Of a stretch of 64,000 nt of DNA, positions 58,777 through 64,000 are shown piece after piece. The translations under genes were made by a program, and so were the position numbers. The stretch comes from Longimicrobiales bacterium. Lineage in GTDB: Bacteria > Gemmatimonadota > Gemmatimonadetes > Longimicrobiales > Gaopeijiaceae. Numbering within the stretch: position 1 is the first letter of the stretch; every line of letters begins with the position of its first letter. The notes beneath the pieces were generated by a model. It worked only from the letters and a program-made list of their open reading frames with translations, was not told where the DNA came from and did no database searches. The stretch is from NCBI GenBank assembly GCA_965204735.1, contig OZ242008.1, positions 2,496,001 to 2,560,000 on the forward strand. The letters run 5' to 3'.

Positions 58777-58877
58777 GGCGCGCTCCCGCTCACGGCGTCC
58801 CCTGGATCAGGGCGTCCCGGCCGCACCGACAGCCCGGCTGCCGCCGCTGTCCGGCCTGGCCTGGGCCGCGCCCTGGA

Positions 58878-60305
58878 TCACGGCGTCCCCTTCACCAGCG
58901 CACCGCCCACGATCAGCTGCTGGATCTCCGTGGCGCCCTCGTAGATGCGCAGTGCGCGCACGGCCCGGTAGAGGCGGTCCACCGGATGGTCGGCCAGCAC
59001 TCCCCTGCCCCCGAGCACCTGCACCGCCCGGTCGACGACCCTCTGGGCCGCCTCGGTCGAGAACGCCTTCGCCATCGCCGCCTCCACCGTGACCCGCTCC
59101 GCGCCGCGATCGGTCTCCCAGGCGGCCCGGTACGCCAGCAGCCGTCCCGCGGTCAGGTCGATCGCCGAGTCGGCCAGCTTCTGGCGAACCAGCTGAAAGG
59201 AGCCCAGCGGCCGTCCGAACTGCTCCCGCGTCCGGGCGTGGCGGACCGCCTCCCAGAGCGCCCGCCCGGCCATGCCGTTGGCCGCGGCGGCGACCGTGGG
59301 ACGGAGCCGGTCCAGCGTGGCCATGCCGATCTTGAAGCCGTCGCCCTCGTCGCCCAGCCGAGCCGTCGCGGGAACCCGACAGCCGTCGAACCGAACCTCG
59401 CCGAGGGGATGCGCCGTGCTCATGACAAGTTCTTTGACAAAATCAATGCCTATTTTGTCCGCTGAAAGCACGAAGCACGACAGAGATTCACGGGAATTGG
59501 TCGCTGCGGAGCCAGTCTTGACAAATAATACATAGAATTTGGCGATACCCGCATTGGAGATGAACGCCTTGCCGCCGTCGATGCGGTAGTCGTCGCCGTC
59601 GCGTACCGCGGTCGTTGCGATCGAAGCGACGTCCGAACCCGCGTCCCATTCGGTCATTGCGAAGGCGCCCACGGCTTGGCCCGAGAGCGCGCGGGCGCTC
59701 CACGCGACCGGGCTGGGGTCGGCGCAGTCGGGGTGACGGCGGTCGGCGTGACCAAGGTCGGCGCAGTTGAGATCGGCGTGGCTAGGGTCGGCGCGGTCGG
59801 TGTGACCGCGGTCGGCGCGGTTGAGATCGGCGTGGCTGGGGTCGGCGTGACCAAGGTCGGCGCGGTGGAGGTCGGCGTGGCTGGGGTCGGCGTGACCAAG
59901 GTCGGCGCGGTGGAGGTCGGCGTGGCCGGGGTCGGCGTCGCTGGCCGCTTCGTCGCCGAAGATCAGGGCCGGGGTGGCGCTGAGCGCTTGCAGCGCGAAG
60001 GCCGCGTCCGCCAGGGGCGACCACCATGCCAGCGCTTCCCGAGCGACGAGGCACCCCCGCACGTCGCGGGTCGCGATCGGCCGGAAGAGCCCGGCTTGGC
60101 CCATGAGGGCGACCAGCTCCTGGGTGCGCTGCCGGGCGAGCGCGTCGTCGTCGGGGTCGGGCGCGTCGCGGAGGCGCCGGCGGCAGAACGCCGCCACTTC
60201 TTCTCGGTACTCTCGGTGGCGCGGCTCCAGGAACGCGGCGACGGGTTCCAGGGAAAGTCCCTCGCCGTCGAAGACGCCGTGGCCGCGCTCCGCCCCTTCA
60301 CTCAA
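58878..60305 (-). CDS. Acyl-CoA dehydrogenase (AbmD-like) with internal His/Asp repeat insertion
   Basis: AFAMTE..AGSD, ISNAG, REQFG, AMAK, LRIYEGATEIQ. Confidence 0.9.
   Translation of the reverse strand: MSEGAERGHGVFDGEGLSLEPVAAFLEPRHREYREEVAAFCRRRLRDAPDPDDDALARQRTQELVALMGQAGLFRPIATRDVRGCLVAREALAWWSPLADAAFALQALSATPALIFGDEAASDADPGHADLHRADLGHADPSHADLHRADLGHADPSHADLNRADRGHTDRADPSHADLNCADLGHADRRHPDCADPSPVAWSARALSGQAVGAFAMTEWDAGSDVASIATTAVRDGDDYRIDGGKAFISNAGIAKFYVLFVKTGSAATNSRESLSCFVLSADKIGIDFVKELVMSTAHPLGEVRFDGCRVPATARLGDEGDGFKIGMATLDRLRPTVAAAANGMAGRALWEAVRHARTREQFGRPLGSFQLVRQKLADSAIDLTAGRLLAYRAAWETDRGAERVTVEAAMAKAFSTEAAQRVVDRAVQVLGGRGVLADHPVDRLYRAVRALRIYEGATEIQQLIVGGALVKGTP
59436..59543. promoter_or_regulatory. 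Two intragenic palindromes GACAAAW-N10-WTTTGKC in an AT-rich patch (putative protein-binding sites)
   Basis: GACAAAA-tcaatgccta-TTTTGTC (59436-59459) and GACAAAT-aatacataga-ATTTGGC (59520-59543), offset 84 bp. Function is inferred. Confidence 0.45.
59713..59940 (-). repeat. 15-bp (45-bp higher-order) coding tandem repeat, (H/R)ADxx pentapeptides
   Basis: DADPG HADLH RADLG HADPS HADLH RADLG HADPS HADLN RADRG ... HADLN CADLG HADRR. Confidence 0.9.
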
Positions 60306-61149
60306 AGCGCGGGGACCGCTTCTCCCGGAAGGCGTTGTACGCTTCCCGGAAGTTGGGGTTCAGCATGCAGGCGGCCTGGGCGCGGGCCTCGTCCTCCAGC
60401 GCGCCCTCCAGCTCCATGTGGGCCTCGCGGTTGAGGGCGTCCTTCGTGACTTCCAGGGCGAAAGAGGGTCCTCGGGCAAGCGCTTCGGCGAGCTCGGCAG
60501 CGGCGGTCGGCACGTCCGCGTCCGGCACGACCCGGTTGTAGAGGCCGATCCGGTGGGCCTCGTGGGCGTCCACGAAATCGCCCGTCACGAGAAGTTCGGT
60601 GGCGCGTCCCAGGCCGACGATCCGCGGGAGCATCCACGCCGCTCCCATGTCGGCGCCGGAGAGCCCGACCCGGGTGAAGAGGAAGGCGATGCGGGCCGAC
60701 TCGGCGGCGACTCTGACGTCGCACGCCGCGGCGATCACGGCGCCCGCCCCGGCCACCGTGCCGTTGAGCGCCGCGATCACGGGCTTCCTGCACCTGCGGA
60801 TCGCCAGCACCAAGTCGCACGTCGCGCGGGTGAACTCCAGCAGTCCCTCGTACTCCCGTTCGAAGAGGGCGCCGATGATCGACTCCACGTCGCCCCCGGT
60901 GCAGAACCCGCGCCCGGCGCCGGTGATCACCACCGCCCGGACCTTCGGGGCCGCGTCCAGCGACCTGAACGTCGATCGCAGTTCGTCGTACACCTCGAAG
61001 GTCAGGGCGTTGAGCCGCTCCGGCCGGTTGAGCGTAATGCGCGCAACGGCGGTGGCGTCGTCGAAGTCCAGCAGGAAGGAGTTGGGGGCGATCAGCTCCA
61101 ACGGGCGCTCCCGGTCGGCCGGCGGGTCCGCGGAGCGGGTCGGGCGCAC
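60298..61149 (-). CDS. Enoyl-CoA hydratase family protein (AbmC-like)
   Basis: LNRPERLNAL, FCTGGDV, GAGAVIA, GLSGADMG. Start uncertain (GTG 61149 or TTG 61101). Confidence 0.9.
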   Translation of the reverse strand: MRPTRSADPPADRERPLELIAPNSFLLDFDDATAVARITLNRPERLNALTFEVYDELRSTFRSLDAAPKVRAVVITGAGRGFCTGGDVESIIGALFEREYEGLLEFTRATCDLVLAIRRCRKPVIAALNGTVAGAGAVIAAACDVRVAAESARIAFLFTRVGLSGADMGAAWMLPRIVGLGRATELLVTGDFVDAHEAHRIGLYNRVVPDADVPTAAAELAEALARGPSFALEVTKDALNREAHMELEGALEDEARAQAACMLNPNFREAYNAFREKRSPRFE

Positions 61150-61159
61150 AGGGCTCGGT

Positions 61160-62380
61160 TCATCGGAACGCCGGAACTAGGTAGTCCACCACGACGCGGA
61201 CCGTCTCCCGCTCGTAGCGCTCGGCCCCTCCGTCTCGGCCGACGCCGCGCCAGTCGTTGGTGGCGACGACCACCAGGTCCAGGCGGGGAACCACGAAGAC
61301 GTACTGGCCGCCGTACCCCCAAGCGAAGTGAAGGGGCTCCTGCGCCTCGGGCACCCTCCACCAGAGGAGACCGTAGGAGATGCCGGCCAGCGCCCCGAAG
61401 TCGGACCGCCACTGGAAGTGCGGTCGGAAGGAGAGGTCCACCCACTCCCGAGGAAGTATCTGCCGGTCGAGGCTGGCGCCGCCCTGCAAGTAGAGCTGCC
61501 CGAAGCGGGCCAAGTCCCTTGGACGGAGGTCGAGTCCCGCGCCGCCGTTGTGGTATCCGCCGGGCAGGGGCTCCCAGCGCCCGAGGGCGATCCCCGTCGG
61601 ACCGAAGAGGGCGTCCTGGGCCAGCTCGGGAAGCCGCATCCCGGTCGCGCGCTCGACGGCCACGCCCAGCAGGTGGACGGCGGCGGAGTTGTAGGTGAAC
61701 CGGGCTCCGGGCGGATGGGCCAGCGGCCGATCCAGCAGGAAGCGAAGGTGGTCGTCGGATCGCATCCACTCCGAGTAGGAACCGAACCCTCCGCTCTCGT
61801 CCCACTCGAAGCCGCTCGTCATCGTCAGCAGGTGGCGAAACGTGATCTCCCGCTTGGCGGGGCCGATCTCGCCGACGGCAGGGGCGAGGTAGCCGGCCAC
61901 CGGGTCGTCCAGGCTCACGATCTCGCCGCGCTCCAGGGCAACGCCGGCCAGGGCCGAAACGACGCTCTTGGTCACGGAGCGGACGTCCGCAAGGCTGTCG
62001 GGGTGTCCGACTCCGAAGTACTCCTCCACCGCCAGTCGCCCGTCCTTGACCACGAGCAGGCTCTGCAAGCGGTGGTTCAGGCGCGCCCGCTCGATCCCTT
62101 CGGCCACCAGGTCGGGCGAGCCCCCGACCGCCTCGATCGACGCGGTGGCCCACGGGGCGGCCAAGTCGATTCGGGCCGGGGTCCGACCGCCGGGACCCGC
62201 CAGGTCTCCCGTGCACGCGGCAAGGGCGACGAGGGTCGCCGCGGCCCATGCGGCCGGGGCTCGGAGCGTGGGGCCGGCCGGCCGAGTCGGCGCCCGGATG
62301 GCGGCTGGCGGGACCGTCCATGTGGTCCAGGATCGGAGCGCAGGGCCGGCCGGGGTCGTCGCGGGCGCGGCTCGATTCAT
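61160..62380 (-). CDS. Serine hydrolase (class C beta-lactamase family), probable lipoprotein
   Basis: SVTK, LLTMTSG, FTYNS, WGYGGQ; lipobox LAAC. Confidence 0.88.
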   Translation of the reverse strand: MNRAAPATTPAGPALRSWTTWTVPPAAIRAPTRPAGPTLRAPAAWAAATLVALAACTGDLAGPGGRTPARIDLAAPWATASIEAVGGSPDLVAEGIERARLNHRLQSLLVVKDGRLAVEEYFGVGHPDSLADVRSVTKSVVSALAGVALERGEIVSLDDPVAGYLAPAVGEIGPAKREITFRHLLTMTSGFEWDESGGFGSYSEWMRSDDHLRFLLDRPLAHPPGARFTYNSAAVHLLGVAVERATGMRLPELAQDALFGPTGIALGRWEPLPGGYHNGGAGLDLRPRDLARFGQLYLQGGASLDRQILPREWVDLSFRPHFQWRSDFGALAGISYGLLWWRVPEAQEPLHFAWGYGGQYVFVVPRLDLVVVATNDWRGVGRDGGAERYERETVRVVVDYLVPAFR

Positions 62381-62447
62381 GCCGGAAGCGCGTCCAAGGC
62401 CTTGTCCGTCAGCGTCGTCCGCAGGTGTCGTCGGGGGGCGGCTCGAT

Positions 62448-62942
62448 TCATGCCGGAAGCACCGCCGTCGCCTCCACCTCGACCAGCGCTTCCGGGTGGA
62501 CGAGCGCGCTCGCCTCCACCAGGGACATCGCCGGGAAGTGCTTGCCGAACACCGCCCGGTACTCGGCGCCCACCTCGGAGAGGGAGGCGCGGTAGGTGGG
62601 CATGTCGGTCACGAAGATCGTGAGGCGGCCCACGTCCGCGATCCGGCCCCCGGCCTTCTCCACCACCCGGGCCACATTGGCCAGTGCCGCGCCGAACTGC
62701 TGCGCCAGCCCCTGGGCGATCCCGCCGTCCGGGCCGGCGCCGATCTGGCCCGCGACGAAGAGGAGGCGGCCCCCGACGGGCGCCAGCATCCCGTTGTTCC
62801 AGCCTCTCGGAGCGCCCAGGGCCGCCGGGTTGACGATCGACCAAGCCGCGGCTCGCTCGTCGCGGGCGCCGGCCGAGACCCCGGGAGCGGACTCGAACTG
62901 CTGCTCGGCGCTCGGGCGCGCCGGGGACGCTTCGGTGGTCAT
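62448..62942 (-). CDS. RidA/YjgF family protein
   Basis: PRGWNNG, LFVAGQIG, FGKHFPAMSLV, LVEVEATA. Confidence 0.9.
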   Translation of the reverse strand: MTTEASPARPSAEQQFESAPGVSAGARDERAAAWSIVNPAALGAPRGWNNGMLAPVGGRLLFVAGQIGAGPDGGIAQGLAQQFGAALANVARVVEKAGGRIADVGRLTIFVTDMPTYRASLSEVGAEYRAVFGKHFPAMSLVEASALVHPEALVEVEATAVLPA

Positions 62943-63715
62943 CGCAGGAGAACGCCGCCGTCCAGCACCAGGGCGGCGCCCTGCAGCGACGACGCCTCGT
63001 CCGCCATGAACGTCGCGACCGCGTGAGCGACTTCGGCGGGTTGGAGCAGTCGGCCGTCGGGCAGCGTTCCCGCAACCTCTTCGCGGACCGCCCGGGGCTT
63101 TCTGCCCGTGCGGCCGGCGATCTTGGCGACGGCTTGGTCGGTCATCGGGGTGTCCACGTAGCCGGGACAGACCGCGTTGGCCGTGACGCCGGTGCCGGCG
63201 AGTTCGGCGGCCAAGCAGCGGGTCATCCCCAGCAAGGCGTGCTTGGAGGCGGAGTACGAGGTGACGTAGCGCGCGCCGGAGAGGCCGGCAACCGATGCGA
63301 CGTTGACGATGCGGCCCCATCGCCGTTCCAGCATGGCGGGCAAGAAGGCCTGGGAGACGAGAAGGGGTCCCGTGGCGTTGACCCGGTGGACGGCTTCCCA
63401 CTGCTCCAACGTCACCTTGAGAAAGGGCGCCGAGTCGGCGATCCCCGCGTTGTTGACGACGATGTCCACGGCGCCTGCGAGCTGCCGTGTCCGCTTGGCC
63501 AGGGCATGGACGGACGCAGCGTCGGAGACGTCGCACGGGACGGCGTGGGCGCGGGCGCCCTGGGAGCGCAGGTCGGCGGCCACGGCCTCGATCTCGCTCG
63601 CGCTTCGGGCGACGACCACGACCCGCGCGCCCGCTCGCGCCAGCGTCTGCGCCACCGCCGGGCCGATGCCCCGGCCGCCGCCGGTGACGACCGCGGTCTT
63701 CTCCGCCAGCCTCAC
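62939..63715 (-). CDS. SDR oxidoreductase (3-hydroxyacyl-CoA dehydrogenase-like, AbmB-like)
   Basis: TGGGRGIG, NNAG, YSASK, CPGYVDT. Confidence 0.9.
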   Translation of the reverse strand: MRLAEKTAVVTGGGRGIGPAVAQTLARAGARVVVVARSASEIEAVAADLRSQGARAHAVPCDVSDAASVHALAKRTRQLAGAVDIVVNNAGIADSAPFLKVTLEQWEAVHRVNATGPLLVSQAFLPAMLERRWGRIVNVASVAGLSGARYVTSYSASKHALLGMTRCLAAELAGTGVTANAVCPGYVDTPMTDQAVAKIAGRTGRKPRAVREEVAGTLPDGRLLQPAEVAHAVATFMADEASSLQGAALVLDGGVLLR

Positions 63716-64000
63716 GGCAGGCGCTCCGGCCCGGGCTCGAGCGAGCCGACCCGACCGCCGGCCGGGGCTGGCTCCACAGCCTTCGCGGCGCCGTGGTCGT
63801 TGGCGTCGTGTCGAGGTCCGCAGGCGCCGATTCCGCTCCGGGGCTCCACCGTCTTCGCGACGCCCTCGTCGTCGTTGGAGCCCGGTGGTCGTGGGGCCCG
63901 GCACGCTCCGGCGACGCCCAGCCGTTCCGCGACCGCGTCCGCGACGATCCGGCCCAGGACCCCAAGGGTCTCGGCTCCCTCTTCGGGCGTCGCGGCGGCC
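63712..64000 (-). CDS. 3' end of a gene truncated by the window edge, possibly creatininase family
   Basis: Open frame AAATPEEGAETLGVLGRIVADAV... resembles the creatininase C-terminal A-T-x-E-x-G helix; its stop overlaps the SDR GTG. Confidence 0.35.
   Translation of the reverse strand, partial: AAATPEEGAETLGVLGRIVADAVAERLGVAGACRAPRPPGSNDDEGVAKTVEPRSGIGACGPRHDANDHGAAKAVEPAPAGGRVGSLEPGPERLP

Noticed and set aside
59430..59545. dif site or oriC
   Set aside because: Dyad spacing does not fit the 11-6-11 XerC/D layout, and no DnaA boxes were seen.
61160..62380. True AmpC beta-lactam resistance gene
   Set aside because: Has SxxK and YxS but WGYGGQ rather than the KTG triad; typical of general serine hydrolases/amidases.

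Overview
High-GC bacterial chromosomal segment. The gene complement and protein style suggest Gemmatimonadota, which is an inference only. I can support about 53 CDS and found no rRNA, tRNA, CRISPR array, transposase or integrase. From left to right the window holds: (1) the tail of a flavoprotein / VTT-DUF547 / TIGR04283-TIGR04282-type glycosyltransferase cluster with two gene fusions; (2) a YjbH-like secreted protein; (3) a ccmE-F-(I)-A-B-C-D cytochrome c maturation cluster with a Cys-type CcmE, co-oriented with glmM-glmS-dtd-maf-glpK; (4) a trans-sulfuration enzyme, M48 peptidase, purD, ybjQ, mutM and an M16 peptidase pair; (5) a lower-GC insert of an FkbH-like gene and a YdjC/ChbG deacetylase; (6) menG/ubiE divergent from an ECF sigma / anti-sigma envelope-stress operon; (7) nfu-mrp and pruA; (8) lepA, ROK, a STAS-GHKL kinase plus STAS-wHTH pair, and a second trans-sulfuration enzyme; (9) a TonB-dependent receptor; (10) a tryptophan -> kynurenine -> anthraniloyl-CoA (abm-like) catabolic operon interrupted by a type III R-M pair and ending in an orphan MTase facing an Mrr-like nuclease. 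The most unusual signals are an AT-rich patch with two matching palindromes 84 bp apart inside the acyl-CoA dehydrogenase gene beside a His-rich pentapeptide expansion, recurrent duplicated stop/start junctions that create translational-relay mini-ORFs, an FkbH with a ferredoxin-like Cys motif and no ACP, and the orphan partner-switching kinase/STAS-wHTH pair. Family assignments come from motif recognition by eye, not database searches. Start codons are best estimates.
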